A stretch of DNA of 15,390 nucleotides from Leptospirales bacterium (GCA_040326155.1 JBEQLE010000088.1:1-15390); one strand, 5' to 3'. Positions 1-8,792 are shown, numbered from the stretch's first letter. The notes: a model not told the origin generated them from the letters alone. A program made the numbers and translations.

Positions 1-18
1 CCACTTGAATTTGTGAAG

Positions 19-48
19 CGCTAGCCGTCGGCTAGCCAACGGCTAGCG
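19..48. repeat. 30-bp near-perfect GC-rich palindrome built from three GCTAGC units at 11-bp period
   Basis: CGCTAGCCGT(19-28)-C-GGCTAGCC-A-ACGGCTAGCG(39-48); only one mismatched pair (C29/A38); GCTAGC at 20, 31 and 42. Confidence 0.85.
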
Positions 49-71
49 GAACAAATTAAAAAGACACGGCA

Positions 72-100
72 CTGGCAATGAAAAACAATCGACGTATGAT
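72..100 (+). promoter_or_regulatory. Possible sigma70-type promoter for the HIT gene
   Basis: CTGGCA(72-77)-17 bp-TATGAT(95-100), ending 23 nt before the ATG at 124; the -35 match is weak. Confidence 0.3.
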
Positions 101-123
101 ATACGACCGAATTATTGATACGT

Positions 124-543
124 ATGAAAAGTTTTATATTGCATCCAAGATTGAAAGAAAATACTTTTTTGATTGGGAAATTCTCACTTTCACGGGTGTT
201 GTTGATGAATGAAAAAAGGTATCCGTGGGTCATTTTAGTGCCACAGAAAGATCATTTGCGGGAAATATTTGACATGGGACCAAACGACCAGGCCATGCTG
301 GCTGAGGAATCCGCTTTTGTAGCCCAGAAAATGGATTATCATTTTAACGCAGACAAAATGAATATAGCCGCTCTTGGTAATATTGTAGAGCAGTTACACA
401 TTCATCATATTGTTCGTTATAAGAATGATAGTGCATGGCCAGCTCCGGTATGGGGTAAATTTCCACCTGTGCCATACCCGTCGGGCGATGTACCAATGCT
501 CATTGAAAAACTTGAAAATTTATTCAATGAATTGCTGGTTTAA
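124..543 (+). CDS. HIT (histidine triad) family protein, Ap4A hydrolase-like
   Basis: HxHxH motif QLHIHHI, plus YPWVILVP, KMNIAALGNIV and DSAWPAPVWG, typical of this HIT subfamily. ATG at 124 preferred over TTG at 115. Confidence 0.92.
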   Translation: MKSFILHPRLKENTFLIGKFSLSRVLLMNEKRYPWVILVPQKDHLREIFDMGPNDQAMLAEESAFVAQKMDYHFNADKMNIAALGNIVEQLHIHHIVRYKNDSAWPAPVWGKFPPVPYPSGDVPMLIEKLENLFNELLV

Positions 544-585
544 TCTTGGAAGCACACGCTGACATTAGAAATAGCCAGAAGGTTC

Positions 586-635
586 AAATATAAGTATATT
601 CGAACTATTGAATGTACTTATATTTTCAGTTTATT
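586..635 (+). terminator. Long AT-rich hairpin, probable terminator of the HIT gene
   Basis: AAATATAAGTATATTCGA(586-603)-ACTA-TTGAATGTACTTATATTT(608-625): 18-bp stem with two G:U pairs on the + strand, followed by TCAGTTTATT. Confidence 0.55.
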
Positions 636-771
636 GGTATCTTTTTATCGCAAAAACCCATATTTTTTCAAATTTGTTTATAATTTTATCTGGAATTCCC
701 ATATCCTGCCAAAAATAAATAAAAATTCTTTACAAATAGGCCACGCAAACATATTTCGTAATCGATATGAC

Positions 772-799
772 CCGGGGCAACTCGGTGAGGGAGGGAGAG
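772..799 (+). promoter_or_regulatory. nqrA leader: GNRA-capped hairpin followed by purine-rich ribosome-binding site
   Basis: CCGGG-GCAA-CTCGG (772-785), then AGGGAGGGAGAG (788-799), 9 nt before the ATG at 809. Confidence 0.5.
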
Positions 800-808
800 T
801 AACAGTCA

Positions 809-2188
809 ATGAGCAATAATAACGTACAAGTACCTGCACAGAGTCGCATATTGAATATAAAGAAGGGTTTGGACCTTAAAATAAAAGGCGCCCCCGAACA
901 GACAATATCTGAGGGACCTTCAATTTCAAAAGTAGCGGTAATGGGCGAGTACCATTTTATGAAACCTACGTTCCAGGTGAAACTGGGCGATCAGGTTAAG
1001 CTTGGACAGGTATTATTTACTGATCGAAATAACACCGATATTCATTACACGTCACCCGGGGCTGGTAAAGTTGTAGAAATTAACCGGGGAGACCGAAGAG
1101 TCTTTCAATCGGTTGTAATTGAGTTATCGGGCGACGCTGAGATTACTTTTGAAAAATATGCAGCCGATAAACTGTCATCTTTAAGTCGTGAACAGGTTCA
1201 AAAGAATCTGCTTACATCTGGTTTATGGACATCGATTCGTAACCGACCGTTCAGCAATGTGGCTAAACCCGATGTTGAACCGACATCGATGTTTATTACC
1301 GCGACGGACACTCACCCCCATGCTCCTGATCCTGAATTGATAATCAGCGAGAACGAGCAAGATTTTAAGAACGGGGTTATCGCACTTTCACGTTTAACTG
1401 ACGGACCGACCTATGTAGCGCGAGCTGCCGGTTCTAAAGTACCTGTAGTTTCGGGCGAAAACATCGCCGATGTACAGGTCACGGGACAACATCCCGCTGG
1501 TAATGTTGGAACTCACATCCATATGATTGACCCTGTCGAAAGAGACCACAATATCTGGCATGCCGGTTACCAGGATGTAATAGCCATTGGTCATCTTTTT
1601 ACTACCGGAAAAATTTCAACCGACCGTGTTATATCAGTAGCCGGACCCGCCGTAAATGGCGCGAATCTCATACGAACTCGCCGAGGCGCTTCGATTGATG
1701 AGATTATAGCCGGACGATTGGCCGAAGGCGAAATTCGAACCGTTTCTGGTTCGCTGCTGACCGGGCATAAAGCTGCAGGTCCTATGGCCTACCTTGGGCA
1801 ATACCACAATCAGGTTTCCGCCTTAAAAGAAGGCCGACACCGCAAATTGTTTGGATGGTTAACACCTCGATTTGATCTGTTTTCTGTAAAAAAAGTTTTT
1901 GGATCGGCTTTAACTCCCGGTAAAGTATTTGATTTTGATACGAACCAGAACGGAGGACACCGGGCAATGGTGCCGATTGGGTCCTATGAAAAAGTTATGC
2001 CTTTAGATATACTGCCTACTTTTCTGTTACGAGCATTGTTAATGCACAAACTGGAAGATGCGGAGAATCTTGGCGCAATGGAACTCGATGAAGAAGATCT
2101 GGCGCTTTGTACGTTTGTCAGCCCGGGCAAAGACGATTTTGGTATCGTTTTGCGTGAGAACTTGATGCAGATCGAGAAGGAGGGGTAG
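809..2188 (+). CDS. nqrA: Na+-translocating NADH:quinone reductase subunit A
   Basis: IKKGLDLKIKGAPEQ N-terminus, SPGAGKVVEINRGDRRVFQSVVI, HPAGNVGTHIH, MVPIGSYEKVMPLDILPT, ELDEEDLALCTFV, ends IEKEG; first gene of the nqr order. Confidence 0.97.
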   Translation: MSNNNVQVPAQSRILNIKKGLDLKIKGAPEQTISEGPSISKVAVMGEYHFMKPTFQVKLGDQVKLGQVLFTDRNNTDIHYTSPGAGKVVEINRGDRRVFQSVVIELSGDAEITFEKYAADKLSSLSREQVQKNLLTSGLWTSIRNRPFSNVAKPDVEPTSMFITATDTHPHAPDPELIISENEQDFKNGVIALSRLTDGPTYVARAAGSKVPVVSGENIADVQVTGQHPAGNVGTHIHMIDPVERDHNIWHAGYQDVIAIGHLFTTGKISTDRVISVAGPAVNGANLIRTRRGASIDEIIAGRLAEGEIRTVSGSLLTGHKAAGPMAYLGQYHNQVSALKEGRHRKLFGWLTPRFDLFSVKKVFGSALTPGKVFDFDTNQNGGHRAMVPIGSYEKVMPLDILPTFLLRALLMHKLEDAENLGAMELDEEDLALCTFVSPGKDDFGIVLRENLMQIEKEG

Positions 2189-3396
2189 TGAAATTTTTAA
2201 GAAACTTTATGGATAAACTGGCTCCAACCTTCGAAGAAGGCGGGAAGCTTAGTAAGTTTTATCCGATATACGAACTGATTGATACAATTCTGTATACAAC
2301 GGCAGATGTGACGAAGAATGCTTCGCACATTCGCGATGGACTCGATATGAAAAGGATGATGACCATTGTTATTATTGGTCTTCAACCGGCTCTTTTAATG
2401 GCGGCTTATAATAGCGGATTACAGGCAAATCTGGCGATTGACGCTATAGGGCAAAACCCCGAGGGGTGGCGAGCCGGTTTCTTGGTGTGGATTGGTCTTG
2501 GTTTTGACCCGTCTTCGTTGCTGGACAACTTTTTTCACGGGTTTATGTACTTTCTTCCTGTAATTGTTGTAACTATGACGGTTGGCGGTTTCTGGGAAGT
2601 TGTATTTGCAATCGTGAAAAAGCACGAAATAAACGAAGGTTTTCTTGTTACCGGAATGATCTTTCCGCTGATTTTACCTCCTACGATACCGCTTTGGCAG
2701 GTTGCCGTGGGTATCTCCTTTGGAGTTGTCATTGGCAAAGAGATTTTTGGCGGAACCGGAATGAATATTTTTAATCCGGCACTTATATCCCGAGCATTTT
2801 TATTCTTTAACTTCCCTGCAGCAATGTCTGGAACAGAAGTCTGGACTGCTGTCGACGGATTCAGCGGCGCTACTCCACTGGGAATAATCGCCGATACTGG
2901 ACTTGCTTCTTTAACGGATGTTACCTGGCTTGACGCCTTTTATGGTTTTATACCGGGGTCCATGGGTGAAACATCAACTCTAGCTATTTTATTAGGAGCG
3001 GGTATATTGGTATTCACCCGAATCGGTTCATGGCAAATTATGTTGAGTATTTTTGTCACAGCCGGGGCAACCGCACTATTTCTGAACCAGTTTCCAAGCG
3101 ATACCAACGCAATGATGACGCTACCACCTGAATGGCATTTCGTACTTGGCGGACTTGCATTTGGTGCCGTTTTTATGGCCACCGACCCTGTCAGTGCGGC
3201 TATGACCGATAAAGGTAAGTGGATTTATGGTATCTTAATTGGCTTTATGGTAATTATGATTCGAGTGATAAACCCTGCATTTCCCGAAGGGATGATGTTG
3301 GCGATACTCTTTGGAAACGCATTTGCACCGGTAATCGATAATTTTATCGTCCGGGCTAATATAAAAAGGAGAAAGGCTCGTTATGGCACAGCATGA
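2188..3396 (+). CDS. nqrB: Na+-NQR subunit B (membrane, FMN-binding)
   Basis: GTG start overlaps the nqrA TAG. HIRDGLDMKRMM, VGGFWEV, HEINEGFLVT, KEIFGGTGMN, flavinylation motif DGFSGATPL, GSMGETS, FMATDPVS. Confidence 0.97.
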   Translation: MKFLRNFMDKLAPTFEEGGKLSKFYPIYELIDTILYTTADVTKNASHIRDGLDMKRMMTIVIIGLQPALLMAAYNSGLQANLAIDAIGQNPEGWRAGFLVWIGLGFDPSSLLDNFFHGFMYFLPVIVVTMTVGGFWEVVFAIVKKHEINEGFLVTGMIFPLILPPTIPLWQVAVGISFGVVIGKEIFGGTGMNIFNPALISRAFLFFNFPAAMSGTEVWTAVDGFSGATPLGIIADTGLASLTDVTWLDAFYGFIPGSMGETSTLAILLGAGILVFTRIGSWQIMLSIFVTAGATALFLNQFPSDTNAMMTLPPEWHFVLGGLAFGAVFMATDPVSAAMTDKGKWIYGILIGFMVIMIRVINPAFPEGMMLAILFGNAFAPVIDNFIVRANIKRRKARYGTA

Positions 3397-4198
3397 TAGT
3401 ACTTTAAAAACGGTCTTCATCGCGTTTGCGGTAACCGTAGTCGCTTCGGTACTTGTATCGACAATAGTGGTTGTGTTGAAACCTATTCAGGATATCAACA
3501 AAACCATAGAGAAGAAACGTAATGTTCTTCTTGCCGTTGGCATCGATAAAAAAAGAACCGAAGTAGAAGAGGCGTATAATAATCTTTTTATTGAAAAAGT
3601 GATCGATATCACGACGGGCGAAGAATATACGAAAATAGACCCGAAGAAATATAACAAGAAAAAGTTGATGCGCAATAGTGAAAACGTCATTAAATTGGAG
3701 AAAAAAGTAGATACCATTGGAATGAAGAAAATCTGTCGGTATCAGAAAGTCTATATTGTTGAAAAAGACGGAATTATAGAAGCCATCGTTGTAGAAATTA
3801 CTGGAAAAGGGCTCTGGGGAACCATGGAAGGTTTTCTAGCTCTTAAAAACGATTTAAACACGATTAAAGGGCTTACGTTTTACTCGCATAAAGAGACTCC
3901 CGGTTTAGGCGGCGAGGTTGATAATCCAAAATGGAAGAGCCAATGGCCCGAGAAACTTATTTATAGTGACGATGGCCAGATTCAAATTGAAGTCATAAAA
4001 TCGCTCGTAACTGAAAATGACCCGAAAAAAGCTCATAGAGTTTCAGGTTTATCCGGAGCGACGTTGACCACTCGAAGTGTGAGCAAGCTTGTTCGCTTCT
4101 GGGTAGGAGATAACGGATACCGGAAGTTCTTTTCAACCTTGAAAGGACCAGCTACGGACGAAGTAACTGAACCAACTGAAGGAGGGGAAAATGAGTAA
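3383..4198 (+). CDS. nqrC: Na+-NQR subunit C (FMN-binding)
   Basis: N-terminal TM helix, [25 protein letters not shown], flavinylation site LSGATLT (Thr227), FWVGDNGY. Confidence 0.96.
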   Translation: MAQHDSTLKTVFIAFAVTVVASVLVSTIVVVLKPIQDINKTIEKKRNVLLAVGIDKKRTEVEEAYNNLFIEKVIDITTGEEYTKIDPKKYNKKKLMRNSENVIKLEKKVDTIGMKKICRYQKVYIVEKDGIIEAIVVEITGKGLWGTMEGFLALKNDLNTIKGLTFYSHKETPGLGGEVDNPKWKSQWPEKLIYSDDGQIQIEVIKSLVTENDPKKAHRVSGLSGATLTTRSVSKLVRFWVGDNGYRKFFSTLKGPATDEVTEPTEGGENE

Positions 4199-4811
4199 AA
4201 TTAAAAAGACCCTTTTCGACCCGATCTTAAACCAGAATCCTATCGCGCTTCATGTGTTGGGAATCTGTTCGGCGCTGGCCGTAACTTCCAAGATGGAGAC
4301 AGCTCTGGTTATGTCATTAGCCGTAACTCTGGTTACTGCTTTTGCTAACTTTTTTGTCAGCATAATGAGAAATTACATGCCATCGAGCATTCGCATTATT
4401 ATAGAAATGACAATTATTGCCGCACTGGTAATTGTAGCCGACCAGCTGATTCAAGCTTTTGCGCCTGAAATCGGTAAAAAACTTTCGGTATATGTCGGAC
4501 TTATTATTACCAACTGTATTATTATGGGACGGGCAGAAGCATATGCTTTAAAAAACCCACCTGTGACCAGTTTTATCGACGGTATTGGAAACGGTCTGGG
4601 ATACAGCGTCATACTTATTGTGGTCGCTTTCTTTCGCGAAATTCTAGGTTCAGGAAAATTATTGGATTTTACCATTTTGCAAACTGTTACAGACGGCGGA
4701 TGGTATGTACCTAGCGGAATTTTTGTTCTTCCTCCAAGCGCCTTTTTCTTGATTGGCCTTATTATCTGGGGAATTCGAACTTTAAAGCCAGACCAAGTAG
4801 AGAGGGATTAA
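4191..4811 (+). CDS. nqrD: Na+-NQR subunit D
   Basis: [58 protein letters not shown] ribosome-binding site inside the nqrC tail. Confidence 0.97.
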   Translation: MSKIKKTLFDPILNQNPIALHVLGICSALAVTSKMETALVMSLAVTLVTAFANFFVSIMRNYMPSSIRIIIEMTIIAALVIVADQLIQAFAPEIGKKLSVYVGLIITNCIIMGRAEAYALKNPPVTSFIDGIGNGLGYSVILIVVAFFREILGSGKLLDFTILQTVTDGGWYVPSGIFVLPPSAFFLIGLIIWGIRTLKPDQVERD

Positions 4812-4812
4812 G

Positions 4813-5430
4813 ATGGAAGAATATCTAAATATATTTATTAAATCGATATTTATAGAGAACATGGCCCTGGCATTTTTCCTGGGCATGTGTACATTTCTGG
4901 CGGTATCGAAAGATGTAAAAACTGCTTTGGGCCTTGGTATTGCGGTGGTTGTTGTGCAAATGATTACTGTTCCCATTAACAGTTTAATTTATAACCATCT
5001 TCTGCTGGAAGGTGCGTTATCCTGGACTCAAATAGCAGGTATTGAAAACGTTGATTTAACATTCCTTGGTTTGGTAAGCTATATCGGTGTAATTGCCGCT
5101 ATGGTTCAAATTCTGGAGATGATTCTTGATAAGTATTTTCCAGCTTTATACCACGCTTTGGGTATATTTTTACCTTTGATTACTGTTAACTGTGCCATTC
5201 TGGCCGGTTCACTGTTTATGGCCGAACGAGGTTACGATTTTGGACAAAGTGTTGTGTTTGGCGTCGGTTCAGGCCTTGGTTGGGCTCTGGCAATTGTTGC
5301 CCTGGCTGGTATTCGTGAGAAAATGAAATACTCTGATGTACCGGACGGGTTAAAAGGATTAGGTATTACCTTTATCACGGCGGGACTTATGGCAATTGCC
5401 TTTATGTCATTTTCCGGTATTCAACTTTAA
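4813..5430 (+). CDS. nqrE: Na+-NQR subunit E
   Basis: [71 protein letters not shown]. Confidence 0.97.
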   Translation: MEEYLNIFIKSIFIENMALAFFLGMCTFLAVSKDVKTALGLGIAVVVVQMITVPINSLIYNHLLLEGALSWTQIAGIENVDLTFLGLVSYIGVIAAMVQILEMILDKYFPALYHALGIFLPLITVNCAILAGSLFMAERGYDFGQSVVFGVGSGLGWALAIVALAGIREKMKYSDVPDGLKGLGITFITAGLMAIAFMSFSGIQL

Positions 5431-5458
5431 GAAAGTGAAGAGAAATTAGGAATAAAAT

Positions 5459-6715
5459 ATGGATTTAAGTGAAATATTTAAAGCGGAAGGGTTACTGAGA
5501 ATAGAAATCGGGGTGGCAATGTTCACCATCATTATTCTTTTTCTGGTTACCCTTATTTTATATGCGAAATCCCTTCTTGTACAGACCGGGGATGTGGCTA
5601 TTGAAATTAACGAAAATGCTGATAAGTCAATATCGGTATCAGCTGGTGGAAAACTGTTGAATGTACTTGCCGAGAGTAAGATATTCGTTCCCTCAGCTTG
5701 CGGTGGCGGTGGCTCGTGTGGTCAGTGTATTGTAAAAGTTTTTGATGGTGGCGGAGAAATTCTACCTACTGAACTTGGACAGATCTCGCGCGGGGAAGCT
5801 CGCGAAGGGTGTCGTCTTGCCTGTCAGGTAAACGTGAAAGAGAACATGAAGATTGAAATTGACCCTGAAATTTTCGATGTGAAAAAATGGGAATGTACGG
5901 TTCGTTCTAACACTAACATGGCAACTTTTATTAAAGAACTTGTACTTGAACTGCCCAAAGGTGAAAATGTAAATTTTCGCGCCGGTGGTTATATTCAAAT
6001 TGAAGCCCCACCTCATGTAATTCACTATAAAGATTTTGACGTTGAGGAAGAGTACCGGGGAGACTGGGACAAATTCAATGTATGGCAACATACTTCAAAA
6101 GTAGATGAAGATATTTTACGGGCTTATTCTATGGCGAACTATCCACTTGAAGAAGGGATAATTATGCTGAATGTTCGTATTGCGTCGCCTCCACCGAACA
6201 TGCCGAACGTGCCTCCAGGGCAAATGTCATCGTTTATTTTTAACCTGAAGCCGGGCGATAAAGTCACTATTTCGGGTCCATTTGGCGAATTTTTCGCTCG
6301 TGAGACTGAGAATGAGATGTGTTTTATTGGCGGTGGGGCTGGAATGGCTCCCATGCGGTCTCATATCTTTGATCAGCTGAATCGCCTGAAGTCCAAACGT
6401 AAAATGACATATTGGTATGGCGGTCGAAGTATGCGTGAAATCTTTTACCAGGAAGATTTCGATACTCTGTCAAAAGAGAATAAAAACTTTGATTGGCATA
6501 TAGCTCTTTCTGACGCTATGCCTGAAGATAAATGGACCGGTTACACCGGGTTTATTCACCAGGTACTGCATGATGAGTATTTAAAAGATCATTCAGCGCC
6601 GGAAGATATCGAGTATTATATTTGCGGGCCTCCTATGATGAACGCAGCTGTAACAAAGATGCTTGATAGTTTAGGTGTTGAACCTGAAAATATAATGTAT
6701 GATGATTTTGGTTGA
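5459..6715 (+). CDS. nqrF: Na+-NQR subunit F (2Fe-2S/FAD NADH dehydrogenase)
   Basis: N-terminal [14 protein letters not shown]...RLACQ [2Fe-2S] motif, [22 protein letters not shown], ends DDFG. Confidence 0.97.
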   Translation: MDLSEIFKAEGLLRIEIGVAMFTIIILFLVTLILYAKSLLVQTGDVAIEINENADKSISVSAGGKLLNVLAESKIFVPSACGGGGSCGQCIVKVFDGGGEILPTELGQISRGEAREGCRLACQVNVKENMKIEIDPEIFDVKKWECTVRSNTNMATFIKELVLELPKGENVNFRAGGYIQIEAPPHVIHYKDFDVEEEYRGDWDKFNVWQHTSKVDEDILRAYSMANYPLEEGIIMLNVRIASPPPNMPNVPPGQMSSFIFNLKPGDKVTISGPFGEFFARETENEMCFIGGGAGMAPMRSHIFDQLNRLKSKRKMTYWYGGRSMREIFYQEDFDTLSKENKNFDWHIALSDAMPEDKWTGYTGFIHQVLHDEYLKDHSAPEDIEYYICGPPMMNAAVTKMLDSLGVEPENIMYDDFG

Positions 6716-7782
6716 TTGTGCATATTATTAAAAAAAGTAAGTTTATATTCTTTCTTCTGCTGCTTATACCGGTTTTGGCCGGGTGCGGCGGAAGTAATAA
6801 AAGGTATACTCTGGATGGTACTGCTTTCGGTACGACGCTTAGTGTTAATTTCTACCGTTTTGAACAACCCGACCTTTCCGCTGAAATTGAAAAAGGCGTG
6901 AATGATATTATGGCAGAGGTTGACGCTTCTATGTCGACGTACCGGGATGATTCTGAAATTTCAAAATTCAATAATTTTGAGTCGAAAGAACCGTTTGAAG
7001 TCAGCAAAATATTATATGAACTGGTAAATCGCTCTCTCGAATACAGTAAGAAAACAGATGGGGCGCTCGATATTACCGTTCTTAGTCTTGTCGAAGTCTG
7101 GGGCTTTGGACGTGAGTGGAAAGCCAAGCCGGAGCAACCTGACCCTAAAAAGTATAGCAAGGCCGTATCTGTCACCGGGTATTGGAATCTATCTACCTTT
7201 AAAAAAGGGGAAAAGTATTTTTTACAAAAAAAAACACCGGGCTTGAGAATTGACTTGTCGAGTATCGGCAAAGGCTACACCGTAGATCGTATTTCTGAAT
7301 TGTTGATGGAAAACAGTTATGATGAGTTCATGGTCGATATTGGCGGTGAAATACGAACCGGTCGGTCGTATAGAACTGGTAGTCATAGTCGACAACTCTG
7401 GAAAGTTGGAATTGAAAAACCGGACGCTGGTCTAGATCGTGTCATAATAAATACTTTGAATCTTGAAATGATCTCCATTGCAACTTCCGGGCGTTACCGA
7501 AACTCAGTGGAAATTGAAGGTAAAGAGTATTCCCATTTAATTGACGCTAGAAAAGGGCGACCTGTAGAGAATCATATTAAGTCTGTAACTGTTTTGGCGA
7601 AGAATTGCGCTGAAGCTGATGCCTATGCTACGGCTCTTACAATTATGGGTGAAAAAAAAGCATTGCAGTTTGCCGAAAAAAACAGTTTGGCAGTTTATAT
7701 TTTGTCTGAAAAAAATGGCGTCTTGCAAGAAGCGAGTTCCAGCCAATTTTTAAAAATAACTGGGCAAACCAGAGCGAAATAA
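6712..7782 (+). CDS. apbE: FAD:protein FMN transferase (lipoprotein)
   Basis: Lipobox LAG-C after a hydrophobic signal; [45 protein letters not shown]. Start is TTG 6712 (overlapping the nqrF stop) or GTG 6718. Confidence 0.95.
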   Translation: MIVHIIKKSKFIFFLLLLIPVLAGCGGSNKRYTLDGTAFGTTLSVNFYRFEQPDLSAEIEKGVNDIMAEVDASMSTYRDDSEISKFNNFESKEPFEVSKILYELVNRSLEYSKKTDGALDITVLSLVEVWGFGREWKAKPEQPDPKKYSKAVSVTGYWNLSTFKKGEKYFLQKKTPGLRIDLSSIGKGYTVDRISELLMENSYDEFMVDIGGEIRTGRSYRTGSHSRQLWKVGIEKPDAGLDRVIINTLNLEMISIATSGRYRNSVEIEGKEYSHLIDARKGRPVENHIKSVTVLAKNCAEADAYATALTIMGEKKALQFAEKNSLAVYILSEKNGVLQEASSSQFLKITGQTRAK

Positions 7783-7798
7783 CTATTATACTGTTACC

Positions 7799-8008
7799 AT
7801 GGCGATATTCGTAGTAACACTTTTTGTTTTTATGCTTTTTTTCGTTGGTTTATCTGTGGGGCTTATTGTAAAAAATAAAACCATTACCACATGCGCTACG
7901 GCGAAAAGAAAAGGAGACTATGGAGAAATTGCCTGTGGTTCTTGCTCTGTAATCGATAAAGATAATTGTAATAAGTATCCTTATAACGAAGCTACCGGTA
8001 ACTCGTAA
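7799..8008 (+). CDS. nqrM: Na+-NQR maturation factor NqrM (DUF539-like)
   Basis: 69 aa, single N-terminal TM helix, then four Cys (C32, C46, C49, C57); canonical position directly after apbE. Motif divergent (TTCATA rather than GSCGG). Confidence 0.8.
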   Translation: MAIFVVTLFVFMLFFVGLSVGLIVKNKTITTCATAKRKGDYGEIACGSCSVIDKDNCNKYPYNEATGNS

Positions 8009-8792
8009 AATCGTTTCGAATGTAAAAACGCTCTCCTTTTAACGTTAAATAAGGTTCGAATCGGTTATCCCCGATATGAAAATACTCTACCTTCTTTTTC
8101 AGTGCTTTCTCAGAAATTGAAATTTTACCCTGGTATTCATCGATCAGGAAACCGCCAATTTCACCATTGGTGTGTTGTAAAAGTAGTGCAATTTTTTCAG
8201 GAGACTCCTGCGGGCTGCCTTTGGGTAAATTATAAAAAGAGTATATATTGGGTTCCGGTAGAGATTTTATTTTAACTACAACCCGGGGTTTTTTCGTTTC
8301 AATTTTCTTAGACCACATTATTGTTTTCGTTGGCAGTAAAAAGCCGGTTTCTGAACTTTGTACTATAGAGTATGTATTCTCTTGACCTGTTTTTTGGGTC
8401 GATTGTCCCGGCAAATGATGCAGTATTTCCTTTTCCCAGATTAACCGCATGGCGGCGTTGTTCGGTGAATGGGCAAAATCGGAGGGAAGATTTTTTTCAA
8501 ACCTTTCAAATGCCTGGAAAATTCGATTAAAATCGTAAAACTCATACCCTCGTTTTTTTCTGACTTTTTGCAGAATTCTACGCAGTTGAACGGCCCGTCC
8601 CTGAATTATAGAAAGACCTCTTTTTTCCGCTTGCTTTTCGATCATAGCAAGTTGCGTATCGATTTTTTCATGGTGTTGTAATAAACGATAGTATGCTTTT
8701 TCAAGACCTAAAAACAGGTTCTTAGCTTCGGTTAAATGCTCATTGCAAAAAGCTTGAATAAGAGCGTCATTTACTTCTGTCGGTTCATCCAT
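7992..8792 (-). CDS. Hypothetical protein; putative degenerate HPt-like + CheW-like two-domain protein
   Basis: 266 aa from ATG 8792, overlapping the pgpA stop by 8 nt (suggests coupling). Helical N-terminal ~100 aa, polar linker, beta-rich C-terminus with GFLLP and GFLIDEYQG. The domain call is by eye only. Confidence 0.75.
   Translation of the reverse strand: MDEPTEVNDALIQAFCNEHLTEAKNLFLGLEKAYYRLLQHHEKIDTQLAMIEKQAEKRGLSIIQGRAVQLRRILQKVRKKRGYEFYDFNRIFQAFERFEKNLPSDFAHSPNNAAMRLIWEKEILHHLPGQSTQKTGQENTYSIVQSSETGFLLPTKTIMWSKKIETKKPRVVVKIKSLPEPNIYSFYNLPKGSPQESPEKIALLLQHTNGEIGGFLIDEYQGKISISEKALKKKVEYFHIGDNRFEPYLTLKGERFYIRNDFTSYR

Noticed and set aside
21..233. 70-aa minus-strand ORF
   Set aside because: Antisense to the HIT gene and runs through the palindrome; no recognisable motif.
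634..819. 61-aa ORF upstream of nqrA
   Set aside because: TTG start, no RBS, composition typical of AT-rich non-coding DNA, and it spans the probable nqr promoter.
2108..2131. NqrA CTFVSPGK in place of the common CTFVCPGK
   Set aside because: Single substitution in a vestigial Cys motif of a subunit with no established Fe-S cofactor; significance cannot be argued from sequence alone.
809..6715. Alternative call as an Rnf complex
   Set aside because: An NqrF-type FAD/2Fe-2S subunit, an NqrA without 4Fe-4S ferredoxin motifs, and the gene order all indicate Nqr.
1394..7746. Short antisense or alternate-frame ORFs within the nqr operon (e.g. 5762-6091, 6852-7271)
   Set aside because: Shadows of well-supported genes, with no motifs or RBS.
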